A stretch of 25,860 bases of DNA from a virus (lineage: Duplodnaviria > Caudoviricetes): the IMG/VR virus record IMGVR_UViG_3300033076_000939, positions 1-25,860 of that record; one strand, given 5' to 3'. Within the stretch, counting starts at the first letter, position 1, and every line of letters starts with the position of its first letter. The notes below the pieces were generated by a model. That model was not told the origin of the DNA. It did not search any database and saw nothing but the letters and a program-made list of their open reading frames with translations. Below, in pieces: positions 16,244 to 25,758 of the stretch. The position numbers and the translations under genes are program-made.

Positions 16244-18775
16244 ATGCGGTTTATTCCCTTCGGTGGCGGAAGTGGCGGGAAGCGGACCGAAGCCGCACTG
16301 ACAATCAGTTTCACAGCATCAGGTGGAACGGTCGGTATCATCGGCTCGGGACTGACTACTGCCTGCCACCCTACCATGCTCACCACGTCTAATGGGACGT
16401 TCCTGTTCGCCAACGGGTACGACCCGATGAAACGCATGCGTCCTAACGAAAAGCGCATGAGTAATGCCGGTGTCCCTTCACCCAAGGCATCCTTCCGCAT
16501 CCTCACTAAAGAGGAGATCGACGCCGATGGTTCCGCCCAGGTGCCACAGGAAGCATACCGTTACATTCACTACGACTACTCCGAGTTCGGCACAGTGGCC
16601 GGGAAGTGGGTAACAGGAAACCAGTTCCAGTACACCCCGCAAGGCCAACTGTCGGCCAATAAGAGACAAGCCGATTTCCTGGTACTCAAGAATGGACTGG
16701 CAGAAGGGCAGTCAGCAGAGATAGCAGGCAGCATTATCACCAGTTCATCCAGTTTCTTGCAGGCCGCACCGCGATTCCAGGTAGGTCACACCCCCACGCC
16801 AGGCGACCCGTACTACTGGGGGTTGATGCGGTTCACCGTGCGTATCGCCAACCTGACCAGTGCCAGCAACCCCCTGGGTGGAAGCCCGGTGGTCATATCA
16901 GGACGGTATCAGGCGTTCATGCGGTATGTGGACAAGGATGGGTATGTCTCCAACCCTTGCCCCATCACCCCAAGCACAGTCCTCCAATATGTCCCTTACG
17001 TGTACTACCGTGGCGTGGAGAAGCCAAGCGATCCTCGCGTGGTACGTCGCCAGATCTTCCGCAACGTGAACGGCAATAACGATGTGTACTACCTGGACAT
17101 CGATACCGACGACATCACCAGTGATGATCTGGTGAGCTATAACACCGACGAACAGTTGTCGATGAACTTCGGTCAGGCAGCGTTCGACGAAAACAACTGG
17201 AACCTGTTCTATCTCTACAGTGAGCCACCGGACGATAAACCTTTCATCGCAGAGTACAAGGGATGTATCTTTGCAGCAGGCAGGCGAGTGTACACCGAAG
17301 GAAACGTGTCACTGGTCAATGGCAGCACGACAATCACAGGCATCGGTACCAGTTTCCGCAAGACCTTTGTGGGCAGAAAGATCGTGATAGGTACCAGACA
17401 GTACCCCGTCTCGGATGTAGACGAAGCAGCGCAAACGCTCGAGATCACCGAAGGGTACGATGGACCTACTGATACCTACGAGCAGTACACCATCGAACCC
17501 TATTATGCCGAGGGGAATCTCCTGGGTTTCACGGAACCGGGATACCCTGAGTCATGGCTTCCCAAGGAGCTATGGCTACAACTGCCGGAAGATGGCGATG
17601 ATGTGACCGGACTGATGGTGTTTGCCAACGCCATGTGGGTACTCAAGGAACGGTCGATTTCCCAGTTCACCTTCACCACGAACCCGGCCCGAGACGGCGA
17701 CTTGCAGCCTGCCTCCAGTCGCGGGTGTATCAGCCAGCGCATGGCGGTGCTGGTGCAGAACCAATGTCTGATGATGGATCGTTTGGGCATCCATGTGTTC
17801 AATGGCTCCATGCCACGATCCTACTACCAGGCTAACACCAGTCCCGATCACCTCAGCACCCCGATTGCCGATCTATTCCGCAAGGAAGGAGACGGGCTAC
17901 GGATTAACTTCAACGCCAAGCGATGCTTCTGGCATGCTACCCATTGCCTAGAACTCCACCTTGTCCGGTGGTACGTGACGATGCAGGGGTACGAATACCC
18001 GCAACACTCCATCACCTACGATTACTTGCTGGATAAGTGGAGTCTGGAAGAATACCCGTTCCCGATTACCTCATCCTGCATCGGGACGCAACTCCTGGGC
18101 AGACCACTCCTCGGAGGCCACGATGGCAAAGTCTATCAGCCTGACCTTGGTTCTCTCGATGTTGTATCAGCAGGAACTACACGACATAGTATTGCCGAAG
18201 TCCAAAGCGCGTACCGGCTCGTTCTTGGCGACATACCCCCTGATTGTGTAGGCACCACCGCCGCCATTGTTAGTGGCCAAGGTCGCGGGCAACACCGTAT
18301 TATTCTGGCACAAACCGATGAAAGCATCGAAGTCGATAGGCCATTCACCATACTGCCGGATACGGAAAGCCTGCTACAGATCGGAGCCATCAACTACACC
18401 CTAAAGACACCCGAGTACGACATCGGTGCATTCAGCGTGAATCAGTCCAACATGATCCGCATCAAGTACCGTCCGACCACAGTGGACATGGAAGGGTATT
18501 TACGACTCATGGAAAACAGCCGCGACTATCGAAAGATCGGGGCGAACTCCAGCCATGGGGCGTATTCCTCCAACGTCAAAGACCCCTACAACCGGACAAT
18601 CCAGTTCAGCAATTTATCATCCGTGATGGACATGAACATGGATCGTACAAGGGAAGTGGATATTCCCGAAGATCATTCGCTGGCCTTAACACTGACCGGG
18701 TATACTGGTACTGACAAGCCTGTGATCCAATCAATCATGATGGCAGGATCAGCACCGGAAGGTTCTAACAAATGA
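16244..18775 (+). CDS. Putative tail nozzle / tail tubular protein B-like protein (main body)
   Basis: AGGAG SD, 843 aa. Beta-propeller-type motifs FTEPGYPESW, DGDDVTGL...MWVLKERSI and GCISQRMAV...MMDRLGIHVFNG, as in P22 gp10/T7 gp12-like stabilisation proteins. Confidence 0.75.
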   Translation: MRFIPFGGGSGGKRTEAALTISFTASGGTVGIIGSGLTTACHPTMLTTSNGTFLFANGYDPMKRMRPNEKRMSNAGVPSPKASFRILTKEEIDADGSAQVPQEAYRYIHYDYSEFGTVAGKWVTGNQFQYTPQGQLSANKRQADFLVLKNGLAEGQSAEIAGSIITSSSSFLQAAPRFQVGHTPTPGDPYYWGLMRFTVRIANLTSASNPLGGSPVVISGRYQAFMRYVDKDGYVSNPCPITPSTVLQYVPYVYYRGVEKPSDPRVVRRQIFRNVNGNNDVYYLDIDTDDITSDDLVSYNTDEQLSMNFGQAAFDENNWNLFYLYSEPPDDKPFIAEYKGCIFAAGRRVYTEGNVSLVNGSTTITGIGTSFRKTFVGRKIVIGTRQYPVSDVDEAAQTLEITEGYDGPTDTYEQYTIEPYYAEGNLLGFTEPGYPESWLPKELWLQLPEDGDDVTGLMVFANAMWVLKERSISQFTFTTNPARDGDLQPASSRGCISQRMAVLVQNQCLMMDRLGIHVFNGSMPRSYYQANTSPDHLSTPIADLFRKEGDGLRINFNAKRCFWHATHCLELHLVRWYVTMQGYEYPQHSITYDYLLDKWSLEEYPFPITSSCIGTQLLGRPLLGGHDGKVYQPDLGSLDVVSAGTTRHSIAEVQSAYRLVLGDIPPDCVGTTAAIVSGQGRGQHRIILAQTDESIEVDRPFTILPDTESLLQIGAINYTLKTPEYDIGAFSVNQSNMIRIKYRPTTVDMEGYLRLMENSRDYRKIGANSSHGAYSSNVKDPYNRTIQFSNLSSVMDMNMDRTREVDIPEDHSLALTLTGYTGTDKPVIQSIMMAGSAPEGSNK

Positions 18776-19494
18776 ACCCTGCAACCAGCACAGCGATAGC
18801 AGCACGACTGCGTAGTACGAAGTACGCCAACGCCGATGAACTGGCACAGGCTATCGTGTCTGCGATCACCGGCGTCGAGAAGAATCAGACGGCCCGTCGC
18901 GGCCTGCCCGAGGGGCAGTACGTCGATGTCAATGGTGGAACGATACTCAAGGTGGATGACCAGTCAGCCGCCAGGCAGTCTGTCAGTCTGCAAACCCCTC
19001 AGTTCATGACGCATCGGAAGCAAGGCGCGATCGCTACCAGAATGCAGCGACGGGTTGACCTGCTCACTAGGGCGGTGCCTGCGGTAGTGGTTGCGGTCAA
19101 CGGGGATGGTGCAGAGGCCACGCTCACAGTGGTACTGGTTGGAGACGTACCGGCTGTATCCACAGATGACGTAACCGGAAACCTTATCCCCGGTGATCCG
19201 ATATCTGGTATGAGCTCTATCGACACAGACAATCGTAATGGCACGGTACTGACTCTGCCTATGACCGGTACCCCTTTTGCCGGAACGGGAGGCAGTGATA
19301 CCGGAACAAAGATACCAGCGGTTGGTGCCACGGTCATGGTCAATATGACAGACCAGAGTGAAAAGCGGAATACGTGGCACCGGCGAGGAACGGTCAATTT
19401 CCCCCGAGTTACCAGTATTACTGGTGCCAGCAGCGCCGCACTCGTTAATGGATTCTGCTGCACTGAGACAGGCAATCCGCCCGGTGGGACATAG
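18772..19494 (+). CDS. Hypothetical virion protein (tail tip/needle position)
   Basis: ATGA coupling to the nozzle gene. Helical N-terminus and a Val/Thr/Gly-rich beta C-terminus. Confidence 0.7.
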   Translation: MNPATSTAIAARLRSTKYANADELAQAIVSAITGVEKNQTARRGLPEGQYVDVNGGTILKVDDQSAARQSVSLQTPQFMTHRKQGAIATRMQRRVDLLTRAVPAVVVAVNGDGAEATLTVVLVGDVPAVSTDDVTGNLIPGDPISGMSSIDTDNRNGTVLTLPMTGTPFAGTGGSDTGTKIPAVGATVMVNMTDQSEKRNTWHRRGTVNFPRVTSITGASSAALVNGFCCTETGNPPGGT

Positions 19495-19501
19495 CAGTGG
19501 C

Positions 19502-19530
19502 GAAATGCCTTGTGTTTAGGTAGAATCACA
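19502..19530 (+). promoter_or_regulatory. Putative promoter for the internal virion protein genes
   Basis: -10-like TAGAAT at 19521-19526 within GAAATG-N11-GGTAGAATCACA; a similar motif occurs at 25526-25555. The -35 match is weak. Confidence 0.4.
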
Positions 19531-19550
19531 AGCACAAGAGGAGCCACCTA

Positions 19551-20240
19551 ATGCCAGGACAATTCGGCGTATTCGACCCAGGTACCAAGTTTGGCTTCCT
19601 GCCTGGATCTCAGGTAGCAGGCTCGGCACTGTATGGACCCCAATACCAGGGCGTCTACGGTGCCGTGGCTCCTCCTGACTTCCTCAAAGTCGCACAGATG
19701 GAGTCCATGCGGCAGGATATGGGGCTCAAGCAGGATAAGTTCGATCTGCTGAAGGGTTTCCTGAACAGTTATAAGCCTGGTAATATGTTTGGCTCAGGCA
19801 GCATGAGTACCTCCTACCCATCACTTCCAACCCCCAACTACGTCAATGCTGCACCGGTCTGGTCGCAGCAACAGATCGATGCACAAGCCGGTTTACAGCG
19901 GGCCAACCTGATAGGGCAGGCTCAGTCATCCAGCAGGCAGTTCCAGCAAGGACTGGCTGGGCGGGGGTTCAGTCCGCTTTCACCCATCGGTGGGTTCATG
20001 GAACAGAACAACCTGATGCGAGCAGCCAGCGGTGCCGCATCCAATGAGACAAACCTGAACTTCAATGCTGCCAAGGCCAACTCAGATGCCCGCTTGGCGG
20101 CACAGGGTATCAACTCCGACCTTTACGGGAAGTATGTGTCAGCGCTGGGGAACCAGCGTAATACCCAGGCTGATCTCGATCTGAAGCGAATGGGAATGCA
20201 GTATGACCTGTTCAACAGCATCCTCCGAGGCATTATGTAA
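19551..20240 (+). CDS. Putative internal virion/ejection protein
   Basis: AGGAG SD. Gln/Ala/Gly/Met-rich helical protein with LAGRGFSPLSPIGG, no Cys, located after the nozzle. Confidence 0.6.
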   Translation: MPGQFGVFDPGTKFGFLPGSQVAGSALYGPQYQGVYGAVAPPDFLKVAQMESMRQDMGLKQDKFDLLKGFLNSYKPGNMFGSGSMSTSYPSLPTPNYVNAAPVWSQQQIDAQAGLQRANLIGQAQSSSRQFQQGLAGRGFSPLSPIGGFMEQNNLMRAASGAASNETNLNFNAAKANSDARLAAQGINSDLYGKYVSALGNQRNTQADLDLKRMGMQYDLFNSILRGIM

Positions 20241-20599
20241 TGCTGAGATACGCACCAGATCACCCGTTCTTCAACCCTGCGGTGGATATTAACCCATTCG
20301 CAGGTATGCCTGGGCAGCAGACCGTTGCTTCAGGCAATAGTTATGGCATGGGGATGGGCGGGATGAACGGCATGGGTGGAGTGACGGTAGGAAGCGGTGG
20401 CTATGACACCTACCGTTTCTTCCGCAGGAATAACGACATGCCGACCGAGCGGCCACCACGGGTAGGTAGTGGCAGCTTCCTTTCACGATTGAATCCTAAC
20501 AATGGTATTTATGGCGACTACCTCAGTCGCCTGACTACCACCGGCAGGCTGGGGCAACCGCAGGTATCGTTGCCATATGGGCCAGCAGGAGGAACGTAA
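20240..20599 (+). CDS. Gly/Met-rich low-complexity protein, putative internal virion protein
   Basis: TAATG coupling on both sides; contains GMGMGGMNGMGG. Confidence 0.65.
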   Translation: MLRYAPDHPFFNPAVDINPFAGMPGQQTVASGNSYGMGMGGMNGMGGVTVGSGGYDTYRFFRRNNDMPTERPPRVGSGSFLSRLNPNNGIYGDYLSRLTTTGRLGQPQVSLPYGPAGGT

Positions 20600-21750
20600 T
20601 GTTCTTCGATGATGCATATCCAGTAGAGACAGAAGAAGAACGACGCCGCAGGATGGCCGCACAACTTACACCTACCCCGAGTGTCCTTGGGAATGGTGCA
20701 TTTGGTTCGTTCCTTGGTGCATCAGCAAGCCCTGCTGCGCAGGTGCAGCAAGCAGTTGCAGCAGCACCAGCAGTAGCACCACCAGATGAAGCCACGGTAC
20801 GTAACTATCTGAACAGATTCTTTGGTGTACCTTCGCTGGACGAGCAACTAAAGGCAAGCATGCCATCTCCCCCAGTGCCATCACCATCACCTGACACCTA
20901 TCAGCACTACTCTGCCACCGCTGCTCCGGCACTGCCGGAAGTCGCTGCGGCCCAAGCTGCAAGAATCAACTCGGCATTCGATCAGGGCAATCGAGTGTAC
21001 ATCAATGATGGTACTGCCCCTGTTGCTGCTCCCATGGGACCGGGAGCAGGATATACCAGGCAAGGCATGGATGGGATGATGCGTCCCATCGCTCACCCCA
21101 CGGACATGGACTATGGCACACGCCTTGCCATGGACCCGTACACCAATCCGTTCATACAGGACGGAATCCGCCAGCACGAACGCAAGATGGAGTTGCAGGC
21201 ACAGGCAATCAACGGGGAGTTACTCAAGGCACAGATGCTCAATGGCGGGCGCAACGATTCTGCCATGGAACGCAACCTGATTCGCGGTCTGCAAATCTCT
21301 GGCGATCCCCGCCTGCCATCCACCACACGTAACACCATCATTGACAGCCTGCAACTGCCCGACAAAGACAAGGAAATGATGAAACTGGACGCTGCCATGA
21401 CGCAGCTTGGACCCAACAAGGAACCCATCGAAATCAGTCCAGTCAAGATCACCTCACGGGATAAGGAAGGCCGGGCTACGGGCAGAACCATCGATATGAC
21501 AGAGTTCTTGAGCCGTGTTCCTAAAGGGGTGTCACAGGAAACGCTGTTAGATTATCTGAAAGAACGCCGTGGTATGACGCGAGATGACATCGTTTCACAT
21601 CTGGCAGGCATCTACGACGAAGCCTCTAAAGGCCCAATCGTTAATGTCCCTGGTGCTCCCACAACAACAGGCGACATCAAGCTGGAACGCCTTTCACCAG
21701 CACGACGCAAAGAGCATGATCTCATCATGCAGTTCCTCGGCAGGAGATAG
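20599..21750 (+). CDS. Putative internal virion/DNA-transfer protein
   Basis: 383 aa, Pro/Ala-rich N-half and helical C-half, no Cys, located before the largest gene. Confidence 0.6.
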   Translation: MFFDDAYPVETEEERRRRMAAQLTPTPSVLGNGAFGSFLGASASPAAQVQQAVAAAPAVAPPDEATVRNYLNRFFGVPSLDEQLKASMPSPPVPSPSPDTYQHYSATAAPALPEVAAAQAARINSAFDQGNRVYINDGTAPVAAPMGPGAGYTRQGMDGMMRPIAHPTDMDYGTRLAMDPYTNPFIQDGIRQHERKMELQAQAINGELLKAQMLNGGRNDSAMERNLIRGLQISGDPRLPSTTRNTIIDSLQLPDKDKEMMKLDAAMTQLGPNKEPIEISPVKITSRDKEGRATGRTIDMTEFLSRVPKGVSQETLLDYLKERRGMTRDDIVSHLAGIYDEASKGPIVNVPGAPTTTGDIKLERLSPARRKEHDLIMQFLGRR

Positions 21751-21753
21751 CCG

Positions 21754-24700
21754 ATGGCCCTGGAAGATTACGCCTACGATGGTGTCAGTGCGCGCGATGT
21801 ACTCGACATTAACAACGAAACCGTCCTGACCAGGCTGGCGAGGGAGGCGTTGCCTCCTCTTGCATGGTTAGGGGAAACACTCGATAAACCAGGGCGTGCT
21901 GTACGTGGTTTACTGGCCGGACAGCCAGGCGAACTGCTCAATCTGATACCTTTCTCAGATACGCTCGGCATCACCGACCCTGCCAACACAGTCACAGGCC
22001 GCGATCTGCTACGCAAGGCAGGGATCGCTGGGCAAGAAGATACATGGGGCAACTGGCTGGGCGGTCTTGGTCTGGAAATCGCACTGGATCCGCTGAACTT
22101 TGTGACGCTAGGTACAAAGAGTTCTTTGTCAGCGCTCGGTAGAGATGCTCTCAAGGAAGGTGGAACAGGACTGGCCAAGACCGCAGCAGAGCGTATCGCG
22201 GCCAAGCAGTCTGGTCTGATGGGACTGCGTACCCCCTGGTATACGGACATCATGGGACTGCCCAGCGGCAACATGTTGTTAGGCACAGGTGCCAAGGCTG
22301 AATACCTGGCCGGTCAAGGTCTGACAGATGCACGTAGCTTCATTGATAAATTCGCGGCAGGCCGAACGGTTACAGGTGCCTTTGATAAAGCCAACGCTAT
22401 TCGCCAAACACTGTTTACCCCTGGTGCCGGGTATTCCATGGACCCACGGATTACCGGTACATCGGCCCGGGTAGCCAACGAAACTGAGGACGCTGTTCGT
22501 GCTGCCACCCTGGCTCAAAGGATGGAGATAACGGATCAGGCCCGGGTAGCTCACGAATATCTCGCTGCGCATGGCGTACCACCACAGGTAGCCGAGGATG
22601 CCATCGGCAGGGCTGTGACGTTCAGGGCAGAAGTGGCTGACCCACGCTACTATCAACCCAAAGATGTACTCAAGGAGTTCCTGCATAGTGACGATGGGGT
22701 ACGGTACGCCGATGCGCTGGCAGCGAAAACACCTACTGGTTATGGTGCAGCCGGGCAGGCCGCAGAATCACTGCACAAGACAAGCGATGAAATCATCAGG
22801 GGGTTCGATGATCTTGTCAAACCCATAGCCGAGAACCGAACGATTTTCGATCAACTGTACGATCTGCAAACACAGGCCGGTGTGAAGATCAATGAGTATG
22901 GATCGGACTACGGTAACCAGTATGTAGCACGCCAGTCACAGGCATCAGGTGGTGCGCGTAAACCGCAGACCAAAGCACGCACCCTGCCACAGAATGTACT
23001 CCCAGGTGGTGGTGTACAACTGGACGATCTGGTGAACGATAAGCGTATTGCTGGTATTGCTACTGCTCCTATTCCAGACGGGGTATCACGCCAGTTACAC
23101 ATGCAGAATGTCAAGAACACCATTAAGCAGGTAGCGGACGAGATCGAGCAGAACGCCATCAAGGCACGCAACCTGAAGTATGGTGAGCCAGTACCTACGC
23201 CGATGCAGGCACAGCCTGCACCGCCAGTAGCACAGCAGGCAGAAGTATTAAACAAAAGTGTGCGAGCCAAGCAGGCCAGCGGCGCGATCGAGCATATGGC
23301 CGAGGTCTCAAAGTTCTCTGCCGATGATTTCCTTGAAGCTATCAAGGGTAAGCCACTGACATCGCCTGACACGATCAAGGCGCTGGCAGAGCATATGCCA
23401 CACCTCAGTGATGAGGCATCCACCGGTCTGCTGACGCAACTGTATACCGAACTGGAACTAGCTGGCCCCAAGCGGCTCCGCAAGATCGCCGATGCGATTG
23501 GCGCTAAGGGAGCAGACCCGATCTTAGGTGAGTCGGCATCTGATAATATCATCATGAAACTGATGGAGGCAAAGCAGCCTACGGCAGCACCAGTGGCTCC
23601 TGTCACTGCACCGACAGTGAAGCCTGCCGAGGTGGTTAAGCCATCACTTGATATACCCGAACCGCAATATCCCAAAGACCTGACAGATGCAGCGATCAAA
23701 CGTGATTCCAACAAACTGGCCAAGTTCCTGGCCAAGTTGCCACAGGAGCAGGTAGAACAGGGGCGAGGATTCTACCGGAACGATGTGATCGGGGGGATGA
23801 CGCAGTATTCCGATAACGCAGCCACCATGGCTGGTCGTGGCAAGGCAGCGCTGACGGTACTGGCAGAGCAGATCGTTCCAGAAAAGGTAGTCAAACAGAA
23901 CCCCGGCAACTATGTGAACCTGGCTGATGCACTAAAAGAAACGGGCCTGACCGGGATCAAGAAAGAGTCTACGGTAGCGGGCGATGTGTACCACGCAGGC
24001 GGTAAGGTGACGCTGGTAGATCTGCTGAGCGAGAAAGGTATCACATCGCTCAGGTCAAACGGACAACCGATGTTTGCCGAGCATGTCAATGATGTGCTCA
24101 AGAACCAGTATGTGCCGAAGAACCTTGTCGAGAAACTGGCGGTAGACATCAAAGGCCCGGGATACATGCAGGCCAGCGGGGCAAGGCAGTTCCTGGATGA
24201 TGCTACCTCCACCATCCGGTCGTGGCTTACCCTGCCATGGATCCCGTTCCACACCCGCAACATGCTGGAAGGATTCACTCAGCAGGGCATTACTGGTGGA
24301 CTGGGCAAGGAAAGCGTGGCCGATGCTGCCATGTACCTTGCTGGTGCGGTCAAGGATACGGCCAAGAAAGCGGAACTGGACAAGTTGGCCAATGAGGCGT
24401 TCAACCTGAAAGCAGCTTTCCGTCACCAGGCAACGGAGATGATTGGTTCCTCGGTGCTTGGGAAGGAAGCCAAGACGCTCAAGCCCTGGGTGACGCAGGG
24501 TGAAGGTACTATCTTGGGTGCCACCAGGGAGTGGCTGGAAGGATTCAAGCCTGCCAATGTTGCTAAGCGTGGCGAGAAGTACGCTACCCTCAACCCCGAG
24601 AAGTCAGCGATTATTCAGCAGGCAGCGAAGGTATCGCAAGCCGGTGATGATCTGCAACGCTTCAGCCAGTACATCGGGCTCAGGCGGCAGGGGATGGCAC

Positions 24701-25527
24701 CTGACGTAGCAGCCAAGATGGTGACGGATGCCCACTTGGATTACACCAAGCTCACCCCGTTTGAGAGGGACATCGCCCGCCCCCTGATCCCGTTCTACTC
24801 CTTCTCAAGGAGGAACATTGAGCGTATGGCGGGGCAGATGAGTAACCCCGGCCCTCTGTCCTCACTTGCTAGAGCCGTTACCAGTTCTAGCGAATACGTG
24901 CCGGGGTTCGTGGGCGCAGGTGTATTCCCCATCCCCGGTGGTGAGGACGGCAAGCAGCGGTACATGTCGGGATTCAGTATGCCGTTTGAGGATGAACTCT
25001 TCTCCTCACTGGTATCACTGGCATCAGGAAACCTGCGTGATGCGGCACGCCGAGGAGCTCAGACACTCAACCCCCTGGCTAAACTCCCGATCACGCTGGC
25101 AACCAATACCGATCTGTACTCAGGGCGAAGCCTGGATGATATGAAGCCGACCGGGCTGGCATCTTTATTCCCAGGTACCAGCGGCAATGTTGTGTCACAG
25201 ATGGTCAGTGCCACCCCACTGGGCAGGCTCGCTAATACTGTGAATAGTGCCGTCTCGGGACGAGATCAAAACATCCTCCTGAAACTGCTGACTGGCATCA
25301 GGACTACCGATGTGGATAGTGAACTGGCCTTGCAGGATGCCGCCAAGGCAGGATTGGCCAAGGTTATTAAGCGCACTGGCATGGTGTCAGCCAGTGAGAG
25401 TCTCTACCCACGGCAGGAGTACCGGGGCGAGAACGAACCGGAAAGCCTCAAGTCGCTGCTCGATTCCATGCAGCAACTCAACAAGAGGGGGCAGGATATG
25501 CGACGTGGACGGGCAGTAACGCCTTGA
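21754..25527 (+). CDS. Large internal virion (ejection/DNA-transfer) protein
   Basis: AGGAG SD, 1257 aa, Ala/Gly/Leu-rich, no Cys. GLGLEIALDPLNFV near the N-terminus and LDYTKLTPFER..RPLIPFYSFSRRN near the C-terminus are typical of large podovirus internal proteins. Confidence 0.7.
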   Translation: MALEDYAYDGVSARDVLDINNETVLTRLAREALPPLAWLGETLDKPGRAVRGLLAGQPGELLNLIPFSDTLGITDPANTVTGRDLLRKAGIAGQEDTWGNWLGGLGLEIALDPLNFVTLGTKSSLSALGRDALKEGGTGLAKTAAERIAAKQSGLMGLRTPWYTDIMGLPSGNMLLGTGAKAEYLAGQGLTDARSFIDKFAAGRTVTGAFDKANAIRQTLFTPGAGYSMDPRITGTSARVANETEDAVRAATLAQRMEITDQARVAHEYLAAHGVPPQVAEDAIGRAVTFRAEVADPRYYQPKDVLKEFLHSDDGVRYADALAAKTPTGYGAAGQAAESLHKTSDEIIRGFDDLVKPIAENRTIFDQLYDLQTQAGVKINEYGSDYGNQYVARQSQASGGARKPQTKARTLPQNVLPGGGVQLDDLVNDKRIAGIATAPIPDGVSRQLHMQNVKNTIKQVADEIEQNAIKARNLKYGEPVPTPMQAQPAPPVAQQAEVLNKSVRAKQASGAIEHMAEVSKFSADDFLEAIKGKPLTSPDTIKALAEHMPHLSDEASTGLLTQLYTELELAGPKRLRKIADAIGAKGADPILGESASDNIIMKLMEAKQPTAAPVAPVTAPTVKPAEVVKPSLDIPEPQYPKDLTDAAIKRDSNKLAKFLAKLPQEQVEQGRGFYRNDVIGGMTQYSDNAATMAGRGKAALTVLAEQIVPEKVVKQNPGNYVNLADALKETGLTGIKKESTVAGDVYHAGGKVTLVDLLSEKGITSLRSNGQPMFAEHVNDVLKNQYVPKNLVEKLAVDIKGPGYMQASGARQFLDDATSTIRSWLTLPWIPFHTRNMLEGFTQQGITGGLGKESVADAAMYLAGAVKDTAKKAELDKLANEAFNLKAAFRHQATEMIGSSVLGKEAKTLKPWVTQGEGTILGATREWLEGFKPANVAKRGEKYATLNPEKSAIIQQAAKVSQAGDDLQRFSQYIGLRRQGMAPDVAAKMVTDAHLDYTKLTPFERDIARPLIPFYSFSRRNIERMAGQMSNPGPLSSLARAVTSSSEYVPGFVGAGVFPIPGGEDGKQRYMSGFSMPFEDELFSSLVSLASGNLRDAARRGAQTLNPLAKLPITLATNTDLYSGRSLDDMKPTGLASLFPGTSGNVVSQMVSATPLGRLANTVNSAVSGRDQNILLKLLTGIRTTDVDSELALQDAAKAGLAKVIKRTGMVSASESLYPRQEYRGENEPESLKSLLDSMQQLNKRGQDMRRGRAVTP

Positions 25528-25555
25528 AATGACTAACAGATATGGTACATTCACA
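25524..25555 (+). promoter_or_regulatory. Putative sigma70-type promoter for the RNA genes
   Basis: TTGAAA 25524-25529, 16-nt spacer, TACATT 25546-25551 preceded by an extended -10 TGn. Confidence 0.5.
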
Positions 25556-25587
25556 CCATACTAAACCCCTGTGAAGTCGTTCCCTGA

Positions 25588-25758
25588 GCGCCGATACTCT
25601 GAGTCGTTAACAGACAAGCGACGTTGAAGGGTTAAGGATGGTAGGGAAATCCGAACGCATGAATGATCGGTGCGGGAGGTAGACGGCGACAGATCAACCG
25701 GCATGCCAACGAGCCGGAAGCCATACAAGCCTCATGCTGTAAAGGGTACGTTGGGCGC
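25588..25758 (+). ncRNA. Candidate multi-stem structured RNA directly upstream of the tRNA
   Basis: Closing helices GCGCC/GGCGC and TACTCT/AGGGTA enclose four hairpin arms found by eye. No ORF from the track lies here and no family is recognised. Confidence 0.4.

Noticed and set aside
22908-23735. 275-aa minus-strand ORF and other long antisense ORFs
   Set aside because: Antisense to large genes, Ser/Ala-rich shadow composition, no SD or domain motifs.
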